Positions 26,201 to 38,700 are shown, counted from the first letter of the stretch. The stretch: DNA of 64,000 nt from Octopus sinensis (GCF_006345805.1 NC_042997.1:194928001-194992000); one strand, 5' to 3'. The notes: a model not told the origin generated them from the letters alone. Numbers and translations are program-made.

Positions 26201-26556
26201 TATCGTCAAATGGCTGTAGCTAAAAACAGTCATGTCCAATAAAATATAAGGATGTATATAATATATTAATGTTTCAAATAGTTATTTACTTAGTAAACAG
26301 TCAAATATATACAAATAATATCTGTAATCCGATTGTAAACATTTACCTGTGAGAAAGACCTTAAATTCAAAGCATTCGAAACTTTAGCTTGACATGGTCG
26401 AGTCGCTCGGTTCTGTATGAGTTTGCGGCAATTCCTGATCGTTCGAGAATAACTGTGATAGCGATTGTTTGTAAGATTATTCAACGTCCGTCGGCAAGTG
26501 TTGAGTGTGAGGTGAGAATGGGACAACAGCATGGCATGTTGGATGGAGGCAGCCAT
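2724..26556 (-). CDS. VARS2: Valyl-tRNA synthetase, mitochondrial type; 13 exons (about 511 codons), 3' part continues left of the window
   Basis: Exons 26556-26347, 22911-22851, 20044-19941, 17831-17719, 16258-16094, 14253-14172, 13364-13245, 12120-12012, 10244-10065, 8672-8545, 6866-6763, 4535-4454, 2800-2724 join in frame with GT-AG ends. ValRS motifs present: [13 protein letters not shown] (HIGH), [43 protein letters not shown]. The N-terminus is Arg/Ser-rich, lacks acidic residues and has no GST-like domain, favouring the mitochondrial paralogue. Confidence 0.93.
3100..4136 (+). mobile_element. RTE-clade LINE 3' portion (ORF C-terminus plus 3' UTR); longest copy of the most abundant repeat in the window
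   Basis: Frameshifted peptide ..[58 protein letters not shown], then a modular UTR, GGCGTTAGGAAGGGCATCCAGCTGTAGAAAC and a (GAT)n tail. Roughly 30 shorter tails occur in both orientations (e.g. 5690-5895, 6370-6545, 6960-7420, 13630-14130, 28460-28960, 34900-35350, 39590-40000, 45250-45710, 47280-47880, 59610-59890). Confidence 0.85.
4454..4535 (-). CDS. VARS2: VARS2 exon 12
   Basis: [27 protein letters not shown]|gtgagt. Confidence 0.94.
4538..4670. repeat. (AAT)n microsatellite abutting the VARS2 exon 12 acceptor
   Basis: Direct reading. Confidence 0.95.
4700..5490 (+). mobile_element. Decayed R4/Dong-like (RLE-endonuclease) LINE fragment
   Basis: LHGQF..WL..G.L...[13 protein letters not shown], degenerate CCHC knuckle [30 protein letters not shown]....[23 protein letters not shown]; frameshifted. 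Confidence 0.8.
6763..6866 (-). CDS. VARS2: VARS2 exon 11
   Basis: [34 protein letters not shown](S)|gtaatt. Confidence 0.94.
7690..8001 (-). mobile_element. tRNA-derived SINE with 12-bp TSD, nested in another SINE; second copy at 31215-31515
   Basis: A box TGGCCTAGTGGTT and B box GGTTCGAATC on the minus strand; AGTTGCATACTG duplicated at 7678-7689 and 8002-8013. Confidence 0.85.
8545..8672 (-). CDS. VARS2: VARS2 exon 10
   Basis: [42 protein letters not shown]|gtgaga. Confidence 0.93.
9815..10058. repeat. Polypurine (GA/GGGA/GAAA) compound repeat
   Basis: About 240 bp, almost entirely purines on the plus strand. Confidence 0.95.
10065..10244 (-). CDS. VARS2: VARS2 exon 9 (editing/CP1 domain)
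   Basis: [59 protein letters not shown](G)|gttcat. Confidence 0.93.
10372..11507. mobile_element. piggyBac-like MITE carrying a ~0.9-kb internal insertion
   Basis: TTAA at 10368-10371 and 11508-11511; 13-bp TIR CCCTTTTGTTACC; ends match the 221-bp copy at 51099-51319 in the opposite orientation. Confidence 0.75.
12012..12120 (-). CDS. VARS2: VARS2 exon 8
   Basis: [36 protein letters not shown](D)|gtaagt. Confidence 0.93.
13245..13364 (-). CDS. VARS2: VARS2 exon 7
   Basis: [40 protein letters not shown]|gtaagt. Confidence 0.95.
14172..14253 (-). CDS. VARS2: VARS2 exon 6
   Basis: [27 protein letters not shown]|gtaaga. Confidence 0.95.
15440..15717. mobile_element. hAT (Charlie-like) MITE nested in a SINE
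   Basis: Perfect 8-bp TSD CATTAGAC (15432-15439, 15718-15725); imperfect TIR CAGGGATTCTCAAA / TTTGGGAACCACAG. Confidence 0.8.
16094..16258 (-). CDS. VARS2: VARS2 exon 5
   Basis: [54 protein letters not shown](E). Confidence 0.95.
16324..16704 (+). mobile_element. Non-autonomous Helitron
   Basis: A|TC start, subterminal hairpin CCCG-AGCAATGC-CGGG, CTAG|T end, no TSD. Confidence 0.8.
17140..17700. repeat. Degenerate GATA/GAGA compound repeat
   Basis: Recurrent GGGCATTGATAGCCAGATA-like units. Confidence 0.8.
17719..17831 (-). CDS. VARS2: VARS2 exon 4 (HIGH motif)
   Basis: [37 protein letters not shown](W)|gtaagt. Confidence 0.93.
18041..18497 (-). mobile_element. RTE LINE insertion with inverted 5' segment and 14-bp TSD
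   Basis: TSD TAGACCTTTGCTGA at 18027-18040 and 18498-18511. The 3' end and (AAGTC)n tail are on the minus strand (18041-18122); the RT C-terminal peptide ([32 protein letters not shown]) is on the plus strand (18122-18497). Confidence 0.85.
19941..20044 (-). CDS. VARS2: VARS2 exon 3
   Basis: poly-T acceptor; [34 protein letters not shown]. Confidence 0.92.
22851..22911 (-). CDS. VARS2: VARS2 exon 2
   Basis: ttttaatttcag|[20 protein letters not shown](E)|gtactc; phase 0 to 1, bridging exons 1 and 3; weak sequence similarity. Confidence 0.65.
23676..23925 (+). mobile_element. 5'-truncated copy of the same RTE family with 12-bp TSD, inserted in another RTE tail
   Basis: TSD ACTACACTCTCA at 23664-23675 and 23926-23937; 3' end GATGAATGAAGCCAGCTCAACCCACCCC..GAATGCTGTC plus (AAGAC)n matches 18041-18122. 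Confidence 0.85.
24437..24813 (+). mobile_element. Full-length tRNA-derived SINE (family A) with central (TA/TG)n; about 12 copies in the window
   Basis: GTGGCTGTGTGG A box, GGTTCAGTCCC B box, CORE-like CCTTGGGCAAG. Other copies near 1935-2320, 8795-9200, 32690-33095, 36075-36415, 37805-38205, 53545-53955 and 63810-64000. Confidence 0.85.
26347..26556 (-). CDS. VARS2: VARS2 exon 1 (predicted mitochondrial targeting peptide)
   Basis: [70 protein letters not shown] then CAG|GTAAAT donor, phase 0; no D/E residues. Confidence 0.75.
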
Positions 26557-26868
26557 CACAGTTTGACCGAACCTGCTTTCTAACATTGAAGAGTTACAGA
26601 AAGCCGGGAGTGTTTCTTAAGCAATTAAGCATCATGACCGGGTGATCAGCAATTAACTCAAATAATTAGCCTCCTATTACACAGAATAAAGTTTTATCTA
26701 ATTTATTTTTCTTTTCAAATCAAAGTTAACGTTCGATTATTTAGTTTATAATGTTTTTTTTTTTTGTTATGAACAATGATAAAGATGAATAAGTAATTAC
26801 TGAGAATTGTCCAGCGACAACGGACTTGCTTGTTTAGAAAAGAAACACACACTTCAAGTGGGAAAACG
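26557..26868. promoter_or_regulatory. Putative bidirectional promoter and 5' UTRs shared by VARS2 and GTF2H4
   Basis: Only 312 bp separate the two divergent ATGs; the interval is repeat-free. No specific motif identified. Confidence 0.7.
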
Positions 26869-26993
26869 ATGTCAGCAACGATAGAATCGGGCAAATTGGA
26901 ATGTAAGGATTTATACGGGTATCTTAGAACTTTGCCTGCAAATGTTCTCGATAAACTCTATAATCATCCGGCAACATGTCTTGCTGTATTCAG
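26869..26993 (+). CDS. GTF2H4: GTF2H4 exon 1
   Basis: [41 protein letters not shown](R)|gtgaat. Confidence 0.95.
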
Positions 26994-29900
26994 GTGAATA
27001 TCTCTGAAGATTTTGTTATTTTTACATGTCATAATAGTTTTTTTTTTTTCAAGTGCTTCGTTGTTTGACAACATCCAACGTGGTTCTTATGTAATTTACT
27101 ATGTTAAATAACGTTACCAGTAATTTTCTAATATGTAGTCATCACCTAGCTCATAATGATCGCCTGGTTTATTCCTTGTGTACCTAACATGAAATTTAAA
27201 AGATTATTGTTATTATAATATCTCTCTTTTTGATTCTTGATTTGAAGTATTTTTTCGTTTACATGTGTCAGATCAGATGTCTGAAAAAAAATACTCATCT
27301 TAATGTGAAAAACGTTCCTAAATTTAGAGAAAATTTAGGGTAAAGGTAAACAGTTGCAGAAAGAAAAATTTACATATATGCGTAAATATAATTGTTCTTG
27401 TAAAAGAATAATCACAGTAGAATAACAATTTAAGGCGAAGTACTCAATGCATTGAGAAAGTGGATATATTTATTAAAATAATGGCTCTTATCAAACTGAA
27501 AATTCTGAGACTTAGTGTTGAAGGATTCATTATTTTAATTGAAAAAGTATTTGTATGTGTGAGTTTATCTGTCTGTCTTATATATATGTATGTATATGTA
27601 CATATAGATATATATATATAAATTAAATTAGAGATAAATATATATATATAATTTTCTGAAGTCCCAATTAACTTAATTTTCACAGTTTCACAGTAGATTT
27701 AACCTTGCTCAGTCTATCCATGCCATCAGTAAATGTTCCACTATTATTCTTAAAATAATAACATAATTTCAACACACACACACACACATGTGTGTGTGTT
27801 AATTATCTGTATTTATGCCCACCTTGTATTCAGAATTCTGAAGAACTGTACATCTTTGGCAAAATTTCTACACCTGGATGCCCTTTTTAACGCCAACCAC
27901 TCCAAGAGTATAGTGGGTGCTTTTTATGTGCCACTGGCAGGGAGCCAGTCAGACAGCACTGACGTCGGTTACATTTGAATGGTGCTTTTTACATGTCACC
28001 GTATATATATATATAAACTGCACACACTCTCAAAGCTTTGGTCAGCCTGGGGACTGAACCCAAGACCACATTGTTGAAAAGTAAGTTTCTCAACCACACA
28101 CCCACACTCATATATATATATGTATGTATTCCTCATTTTTACATCTGCTTTTCTTACTGGCATGAGTTGGCTGGGTCATCACAGTCGAAGTCATATTTTC
28201 CTTATTCGTGAATTTAATTTGTTTTCTTTCAATTAGGGAATTACCAGAACTTGCCAAACACTGTGTAATGAGAATCCTTTTTGTGGAACAACCCGTACCT
28301 CAGGCTGTTGTAGCACATTGGGTGGCCAACAAACATCATGAGTAAGTATTTTGATTGTTTTTTAAACAACTTTCAGTTTCAAGTATAATGACTCTAGAGT
28401 AATGTGTTAGACTACTGAGTTCAACATTATGAGTTCAAATTGCTTTGAGCATTATCATCATCATTGTTTAACGTCTGCCTTCCATGCTAGCATGGGTTGG
28501 ACGATTTGACTGAGGTCTGGCAAACCAGATGGCTGGACCAGACTCCAATATGATCTGGCAGAGTTTCTACAGCTGGATGCCCTTCCTAATGCCAACCACT
28601 CCGAGAGTGTAGTGGATGCTTTTACAGGCCACCGGCACGAGGGCCATTTAGGCGGTACTGGCAACGGCCACACTCAAATGGTGCTTTTTATGTGCCACCT
28701 GCACAGGAGCCAGTCTATGGTACTCTTAGCGCTCCACTAGCACGGATGCCAGTCATCGAATTTGATTTCGATTTCAATTTCACTTGCCTTGACAAGTCTT
28801 TGCAAGCAGAGTTTAGTGTCCAATGAAAGAAAGGCACACATAAGTGGACTGGTTACACCCTTGCCGCAGGCCACAACGTTTCTTTCTCACTTGCGCTTGC
28901 TGAGTCTTCTCAAGCACAGCATATTTCCAGAGGTCCCGGTCACTATAATAACGAAATTATTGTGTGCAGTGCTCAGGTGCACTACAGCTTATCAAAGGTG
29001 CAGGTATAGTACATAGAATTAGGAAAATCAACAGTGTATGAGTCATGATATACATGTGTGCATGTGTATGGAGGAGAGGGGATATCAGGTGTAGTGTTGG
29101 TGAATTTCAGGAAGCATTGAGGTTTTAAAGGATGCAGTGTCTCGGCGACTAACAACTGATGCAGGTAGTTTGTTCCATGCTTCAGCAACTCTGAGTGGGA
29201 AAAATGTTTCCGAAAGTCACGGGAGCTGTGCTGTTTTCTGACTTTGTAGGCATGCCCACATGTATTAGACACATGGAGCTCAAAAAGGTGGTTGTTGGTG
29301 CAATGGTTAATAATTTTGTGAGTGTTTACCAAGTCAAACGCCAGATGTTGGAGCTTCAATGTATCTATGCCCAGGGAAGTAAGGTGTTCAGAGTATAGTA
29401 GATGCCTGATGGAGGGTATTCACTTGGTTGTAAATCGCTGAACAGTTTCCAGGAGGTCAGTGTCCTGAGCAATATAGGGGTTCCAGACTGGTGAAGCAAA
29501 TTCCAAGTGTTGGAAACCTTCTGATAAACACACATACACAGTCTCCTTCAAAGATACACACCTCCACTTAAAGACACATTCTCTCTGTGTCTCTCTCTCT
29601 TTCCTTTTCTCTGTTGAAAATAGATATATTCCCTCAAAAATACACACATACTGTCACTCCATCGGTTACAACAACAAGGGTTCCAATTGATCTGATCAAT
29701 GGAAGGGCCTACTTATGAAATTAATATGCAATAAATTTGCCTCTCAGTGATGTATTTACATTAAGTATGACACACAGATGACTCCATATATGGTATGGTA
29801 TGTCTGGAGTACCAGATCTGTGAACTGTACTGAGTTCTTTGACTACCTATATGTCTTAGGTTTGCTTGATCAGGGTTGATTTGAGGTTATGCTGCAACAA

Positions 29901-32888
29901 CAGTAATGTTTAAATGAGCCAACCAGGGGACTTCTGTTTGGTTGCTTCATCTGCTACAAATAACAAGCAAATCTCTCTCATATCACTCTTTGCTGTATTA
30001 AAAAAAAGGAAGGAAAACATTAAATTACATAGTTCTTAAATGCATTGTCTTAAAAAATGAATAACAACAGGTAAGTCACATTTGGAATACTTTTGATCAT
30101 GTTTCCTTTTGATCAGAGCCGACCAAGGATCAAACAACATCAATGTTTGAAAGCTTTAATTTTTTAGAATTGTTCTTGTCCACCAGTTGTAATCATGAGT
30201 ATTCTTTCTTTTACTCAACCAGAGAACAGAAACAGGCAATGGCTGCTGTGACAGATCTGAGAGTTTGGCACGAACAACCTCTTCCAGGTGGGATGATGGG
30301 GTTCATATTGAACCAGACATTCCGAATGAACATGAAGACAGCTCTGTTAGGAGGGTAAGTGTCTAGAATGATTAAGACAATGATAACATTGTTTTAGCAT
30401 CCACTTTTGTCAAGCTTGCATAGGTTAGATGGAATTCATTGAGGCAGATTTTCTATCACTGGATGCCCTTCTTATTTCCAAACAACATAATATTTCCCTT
30501 TGATGAGACCATTTTCACGAAAAATTGGCAACTGTTAATATGACAATGACACTTCTTTACAAATATGCAATGTCAAGACCAGGAGGCACAGACACACACA
30601 CACACACCCCTCTCTCTTTTTCGGAGAGGCACAAACACCTACTAGCACCGTGTGTGTATATGTGTGACATATACACACACAGCTGTAACTTCTGCCTACC
30701 AAATTCAATCACAAAGCTTCGGTCAGCCTGGGGCTATAGCAGAAGACATTTGCCCAAAGTGCCACGCAGTGGGACTGAACCCGAAACCACATAGCTAGGA
30801 ATCAAGCTCCCTAACCACACAGCCATACCCGCGCCTACATTTATACACACATTAATATATAAATACAATGGGCTTCTTTCATTTTCTATCTACTAAATCC
30901 ACTCACAAGGCTGTGGTCGGCCTAGGGTTTTAGTAAACACCTACCTGAGGTTCCACACAGTGGAACTGATACTGAAATCATGTGATTGGGAAGTGAATTT
31001 CATAGCCACTCAAGGGCAGTGAACTTATATATATATCATCATCATCATCTAACATCCATTGTCGATGCTGGCATGGGTTGGATGGTTTGACTAGGGCTGG
31101 TAAATTGGAAGGCTACACTAGACACCAGTCTGATTTGCCATGGTTTTCTACAGCTGGATGCCCTTCCTAACACCAACCACTCTGAGAGTGTAACGGATGC
31201 TTTTATATATATATGTTTGTTCCTTCTCGTGCCATACCTGGCTCATAAGGGCCAGTTTCCTGGTTTCCTTGGCGTCTAGGTTTCCCACCTGGACGGGATG
31301 CCAGTCCATTGCAGGTGAGCTGCAAGATGCAGGAGGAAAGAGTGAGAGAAAGTTGTGGCAAAAGAGTCAGCAGAAGTTCGCCATTACCTTCTGCTGGAGC
31401 TGCGTGGAGCTTAGGTGTTTTGCTCATAAACACACGCATCACCCGGTCTGAGATTCGAACCTGCGATCCCTTGACTACGAGTCTGCTGCTCTAACCACTA
31501 GGTCATGTGCTTCCACACACACATATATATATATATATTTATACACACAGACATACTTCATGAAATGAAGTAGCTTACTCAAGGATACATGTACAAACAT
31601 AACTTTATATGTCGTATTTTATTGTACATTTTAGTGGTCAACCATGGACAGGTGGAGGTTCCCTTCCACCAGATAAGCATGCCAAAGATATTGCTTTTTT
31701 GGACAACTACGCTCAAGACAGATGGGAAGTAAGTAGTATTGCTTTTAATATTATTATTATTAAACAGAAATCCAAGGCAGTGAGTTGGGAGAATTGTTAG
31801 CACACTGGGCGAAATGCTTAGCGGTATATATTCTGCCTCTACGTTCTGAGTTTATATTCCGCCGAGGTTGACTTTGCCTTTCATCCTTTCAGGGTTGATA
31901 AATTAAGTACCAGTGAAACGCTGGGATCAAAATACTTGACTAATCCATTCACCCAAAATTTCAGGCCTTGAGCCTTTAGTAGAAAGGATTATTAGACACA
32001 AATCTAACATAGTTAAAGGTGGCGTGGTGGCAGAAACGTTAGCATGCCGGGCGAAATGCTTAATGGTATTTTGTCCGTCTTTATGTTTTGAGTTCAAATT
32101 CCGCCGAGGTCGACATTGCCTTTCATCCTTTCAGGGTCGATTAAATAAGTACCAGTTACGCACTGGGGTCGATATAATCGACTTAATCCGTTTGTCTGTC
32201 TTTGTTTGTCCTCTCTGCGTTTAGCCTCTTGTGGGTAGTAAAGAAATAGGTATTTTGTCCGTCTTTATGTTTTGAGTTCAAATTCCGCCGAGGTTGACAT
32301 TGCCTTTCATCCTTTCAGGGTTGATAAATTAAGTACCAGTTACGCATTGGGGTTGATGTAATCCTTGTTTGTCCCCTCATGTATAGCCCCTTGTGGGCAA
32401 TAAAGCAATAAGAAATCTAACATAGTTGTTAGGATGCAGGATAAAATGCTTAGTGGCATTTCTTCTGGCTCAACATGGACTTTTAAATTCTGATTCAAAT
32501 GCTATCAAGGAACTTTTGAATTACTCTGTATATTAATGTATCTTTTGAATTTTGATTTTGCAGTGTGTTCTTCATTTTATGGTTGGTTCATCCGACTGTG
32601 TCAGCAGAGATATAAAGTGGGTCTTACTACACGCAGGGCTCATGAAGGCGTAAGTCTTTCTGTATTTTCATTCCTCAGTTGTTTCTTTTTGTCTACTCTT
32701 TTACTCTTTTCAGTCATTTGACTGTGGCCATGCTGGAGCACTGCCTTTAGTCGAGCAAATCGACCCTAGGACTTATTCTTTGTAAGCCTAGTACTTATTC
32801 TATCGGTCTCTTTTGCCGAACTGCTAAGTTACGGGGACGTAAACACACCAACATCGGTTGTCAAGCGATGCTGGGGAAACAAATACAA

Positions 32889-32921
<33 letters not shown>

Positions 32922-35695
32922 CATATACATATATACGACAGGCTTCTTTCAGTTTCCGTCTGCCAAATCCACTCACAAGGCTTTGGTCGGCCCGAGGCTA
33001 TAGTGGAAGACACTTGCCCAAGGTGCCCCGCAGTGGGACTGAACCCAGAACAGTGTGGCTGGTAAGCAAGCTACTTACCACACAGCCACTCCTGCACCAC
33101 TCCTGTGTCTGTCGCTTTCTTACAAATTCCAGCTCTAAAAGACGATACAGATGTAACTGGAAGAGGAAGAGAAGTGCTAAATGGGCTGAGGGTTCAAATT
33201 TTATTGCAGCTAGTGTGTTATGCTTATTGTTCTGCCTTTTTTTTTCTGTTTCTTCCTTTGGAATAAAAGGCTATCAATGACTTCTCTCCACTGTTTTCAG
33301 CTCTGGGTTGGTTTTTTTTTTCTGTTTCTCTTCTGCTTTTTCAGCTCTACCTCAGTATCCTGCTTCCAGCTATTGTTAGAGTGTCCTCTCATCTATATCC
33401 CTTGTGAGATGTTTCCCTTAAGGAAGACTTCCCCTCTTGAGTCTTGTGCCTTTTCAATTGCCATTGGATGCTTGTGTAACTTTGCTGTTTTCTAGGTAGG
33501 AGTGTTGGCCCTATGCAAACCCATTTTTATCCCTGGGAAAAAGTGGTCAAGAGTAGTCTGACCTCTATCTTTTGACCTGTCCAGTATGGGAGACCCTACC
33601 AGAAGCTTGCACTCTACTGACATAGGTCCAGGTCATAAAAGACACATAAGCCGCTAAAACAAGGGCTGGTCTTGTGGTGACCGTTCCTACCTTGATTTGC
33701 AAGAAATGTTTGTGGTACAGTTAAAATTGGATAATTTTTGTTGCATTGGACAAAAGCACTTTCCAGTATTTATACCCAAGCTGGTGCCATATAAAAAGCA
33801 TCGGTGCTGGTGCCACGTAAAAAGCACCCAGTACACTCTTTCAAGTGGTTGACATTAGGAAGGGCATCCAGCCATAGAAACCTTGCCTTATGTCGATAGC
33901 CAGCTGGAGGAGGTGTCCTCTTGGGGCTACAAGCCACAGTAGCATCCACCCTTAAGGGTTAGCCACATTTAAGTGGCAAATATACTTCACGATGTCATGC
34001 AGCTACTTTTTATACCTTGCTCAGAGATTTATTATTGTTTGTATTTTACTATTATTTATTATATTCACTAATATAAAACTAGACATTAGTTCTCTTTCAC
34101 ATGTACAATGTACTTTATTTCAGTGAGTCAGAAGATCAAGCCCCAGTGATTACACCAAATGGTTTCCAATTCCTACTGATGGACACATCGTCTCAAGTCT
34201 GGTTCTTCATGTTACAATACCTCAATACACTAGCAGTGAGTTAACATTATAACTGAGCTTTAATTCTTACTCTTCATTGCATTCTGTATCTTAACTAAGT
34301 TTTCTATCTTTGTTTCTCCTAAATCTATTCTGTAGTTAGCTTAATACACTTCAGCCTCACACAATGTCCAGTTTAACAACACCATTTTTCCTTTGGTCAT
34401 CTATAATGGAATTCACACTGTTGCAAGAATTTTAACAGACTCTCAGTTCTCACTCAGTCCCTGTTTCGCTTGCAGATAGTCATACTGGGCATTATTAACC
34501 ATATTACTCTCACTGGTCTTAGGTTCTGCTTCTCTTTTTGACTAACTTTTTAAAGAAAATGTTTTTAAATATAGTCTGTTAGAACTTTACATTATCCAGT
34601 TTGTGCCATTTTTTTGGGAATCATTTCTATAAAACTTATTATTCCTGTTAATATACATCTTGCTATAAAATGTTCACCCATCAAAACTATTATCATTACA
34701 ATCTTGATATATAATACATATAAATGGAACTGGCTCTTGAAACATATATCTCAAACCAATATTTACATGCATTTATATGCTTTGAGAACCAGTTCCAAAA
34801 AAGAATTATTTTATGTTCTTTTGAACATAAATCCTTAAGACATCAACAATATATATATATATATATATATCATCATCATCATCATCACCTTCCCTTCTTG
34901 GGACACAAAACTCTACTTGTGAAGACGTGATGAGGCAAGTGAGGATCAGAATCGAAATCGATCAATGGAAATCGATCAATGGAAATTGCAGATGTGTTAC
35001 CAGTGCCGGTGGCATGTAGAGAACTTTCCGTTTCGCGACCGTTGCCAGCACCGCCCCGTTTCGTGTCCGTTGCCAGCCTCGCCTGGCCCTCGTGCCGGTG
35101 GCACATAAAAAGCACCATCCGTTCGTGGCCGTTTGCCAGCTCTGTCTGGCACCAGTGCGGGTGGCACGTAAAAAGCACCCACTACACTCACGGAGTGGTT
35201 GGCGTTAGGAAGGGCATCCAGCCGTAGAAACACTGCCAGATTTGACTGGGCCTGATGAAGCCTTCTGGCTTCACAGACCCCAGTAGAACCGTCCAACCCA
35301 TGCTAGCATGGAAAACGGACGCTAAACGATGATGATGATGATGATGATGATATATATATATATATATATAATAAAAATCAAATGGAAATTGTAGTTAAGA
35401 TACCAGTGCTGGTGGCACATAAAAACACCTTCCGAACGTGGCCAATGCCAGCGCCACCTGACTGGCGTTCGTGTTGGTGACACGTAAAAAGCATCAACTG
35501 ATCGTGGCCATTTGGCAGCCTCCTCAGGTCCATGTGCCGGTGGCATGTAAAAAGCACCCACTATACTTGCGGAGTGGTTGGCGTTAGGAAGGGCATCCAG
35601 CTGTAGAAACACTGCCAAATCAGACTGGAGCCTGGTGCAGCCTCCTGGCTTCCCAAACCCTAGCATGGAAAACGAACATTAAACGATAATGATGA

Positions 35696-35743
<48 letters not shown>

Positions 35744-38700
35744 TATATACATATATATATATGTATGTATGTATGTATATACTGGGCTGTGGAAATATGC
35801 AAAAGTGGATGTTAAAACAATCATGATATGTATGTTTACACATGGGAGCTCATAGGTGCAAAATAAGGTGTGAAAAATAGTACTTGAATACCAAAGGTAG
35901 AGCAGAATAGTATTCTCTTGAAGGTGAAAAGACTTCACCTCATATCTGTACTTATTAATGCTATATCTTCTGTTTTCTTTTAGACACGAGGCATGGATTT
36001 AGTCGAATCTTTGTCCTTCCTTTTCCAGCTGAGTTTTTCAATATTTGGAAAGGTAATCCTTACTTCTATATTCTTTTTATTCTTTTACTTGTTTCAGTCA
36101 TCTGACTGTGGCCATGCTGGAGCATGACCTTTAGTCGAACAAATCAACCCCAGGACTTATTCTTTGTAAGCCTAGTACTTATTCTATCGGTCTCTTTTGC
36201 CAAACCGCTAAGTTACGTTGGGGGGGACAAACACACACACACACACATATATACGACGGGCTTCTTTCAGTTTCCATCTACCAAATCCACTCACAAGGCT
36301 TTGGTCGACCCGAGGCTATAGTAGAAGACACTTGCCCAAGGTGCCATGCAGTGGGACTGAACGCGGAACCATCTGGTTCGTAAGCAAGCTACTTACCACA
36401 CAGCCACTCCTACATCCATGTTCTGTGTTAACATGGTTGGATTGTTTTACTTTTTTCATCCTTTTTTTAAATTCTGAATATGTGATTTTGTTGGAGCAAT
36501 TAGCTTACAGCCACATCAATTCTTTGATTCTTTATAGCTAATCTCTTGATCTGGAAGTTAAAGTTGCATTTAGTTGTGAGATTATGAATGAAGCAGAATG
36601 AATCAAGCAATGTTCTGTGCACAATGAAAGAGTATAATAAATGTACCAACTTTAGTAAGATTTGAACTACTGACAACGTGGTCTGTACTTGAGCACTTTT
36701 ACCCTCACTACCGTGTTCCTTTGGGTATTTCAGTAACTGTTGTCAATAACAGACAGTAGACAACACTTGCTAAAACTGTAATAATGTGGATATTTTTTGT
36801 GTCAAATGTTAATACTATCTTCATATAATAATAATCCTTGAGATTACAGCTGGTACTATTTGCTGTTCTCAAAAAAAGGAATATTTTACTTACTGGCACC
36901 TGTGCCGGTGGCATGTATAAAAAGATTCAAGCGAGGTCATTGCCAGTACCGCCTGACTGGCACCCGTGCTGGTGGCACATAAAAAACACCCACTACACTC
37001 TCAGAGTGATTGGCGTTAGGAAGGGCATCCAGCTGTAGAAACTCTGCCAGATCAAGATTGGAGCCTGGTGCAACCATCTGGTTCGCCAGTCCTCAGTCAA
37101 ATCGTCCAACTCATGCTAGCATGGAAAGCGGATGTTAAACGATGATGATGATGATGACGATGTTATAACACAATTCCTATAAAAGTATTTGAACTCACAA
37201 CCATATAGCTTGCAGTTAGTGTTTACAATCATGTAGCCTGCTTACCAATGTTTACAACCATGTAGCTCATTACCAGTGTTTACCACCATGTAGTCTGTGA
37301 CCAATGTCTGCAATCCTGTACCCTATGGCAATGCCCACATGATAACCTTGCGAATTACATGACGACATCAATAATGCTGGTGTGTCATCATCATCTTCAT
37401 TTAACATCGGCTTTCCATGCTGGCATGGGTGGGATGGTTTGACTGAAAACCAGTAAGCTGGGGAACTACACCAGGTTCCAATCTGATTTGGCATGGTTTC
37501 TACAGCTGGATGACCTTCCTAATGCCAACCACTCCAAGAGTGTAGTGGGTGCTTTTTACATGCCACTGGCATGGGTTGGGGTGCCAGTTACGAAATCCCA
37601 ACATTGACCATGACTACAATCTCACTTGGCTTGACAGGTCTTCTCAAGCACGGTATATTGTCACTGCCTCCACGAGGCCCAAAGTTCAAAGAGTGCTTTT
37701 TACAAGTCTTCTGTCTTGTTGGATCTTGTAGATCCTGTAGAACTGTCCAACCTGTACCAGCATGGAAGACAGACTTTAAATAATAATGATGATGGTCATG
37801 ATATATAGGCATAGGAGTGGCTGTGTGGTAGCTTGCATGGACCACATGGTTCCAGGTTCAGTCCCATTGCGTGGCACCTTGGGCAAGTGTCTTCTACTAT
37901 AGCCTCAGACCGATCAAAGTCTTGTTGAATGGATTTGGTTGATGGAAACTGAAAGAAGCCCGTCGTATATATGTATGTGTATATATATGTATATGTGTGT
38001 GTGTGTCTGTGTTTGTCCCCCGCCCCCAACATTGCTTGACAACCAATGCTGGTGTGTTTACGTCAGCGTCACTTAGCGGTTCGGCAAAAGAGACCGATAG
38101 AATAAGTACTAGGCTTACAAAGAATTAGTCTTGGGGGTCGATTTGCTCGACTAAAGGCAGTGCTCCAGCGTGGCCACAGTCACATGACTGAAACGAGTAA
38201 AAGAGTATGTGTATGTGTATGAAAATAGCTTTAGACGTTTTTATTTCCTGAGATTTTGCTGAACTCAATAAATCAAAAGAGTAGATCAGTTTTGTAAACT
38301 AGACTGCTGTTATTTTTCTAGGACTACACAACAGAAGGAATGTCTGAAGCTCAGCTTCGCCTCTTGCAACATTTACGAGAGTTTGGTTTAGTTTATCAAA
38401 GGAAGGTAAGTAATTTATGCAATCTCATGTTTCAATGTTTTTTTAAATTTTTTATATATTTGTTTTCTGTTGACTCAGACTCAAGCTAGACAGCTTTTAA
38501 GCCCAGTTGTGCGTTTTATGTTTAGTTAATCTTTATAATAAGGGCAGTGATAGTGAACTGGACAACTCACTGGGGTTAGCACTTTGTATCTCATCTGGGC
38601 AAGAGATTTAATTGCATCCAGTTTTGAGGTTCCAGCTTGGGAGTTCAAGAGGTTGTGAGTTCGAATCCCGGACCGGGCTGCGTGTTGTGTTCTTGAGCAA

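Noticed and set aside
32647-32651. GC-AG donor at AAG|GCGTAA in GTF2H4 exon 5
   Set aside because: It would put TGA in frame at the start of exon 6; the GT two bases later keeps the frame.
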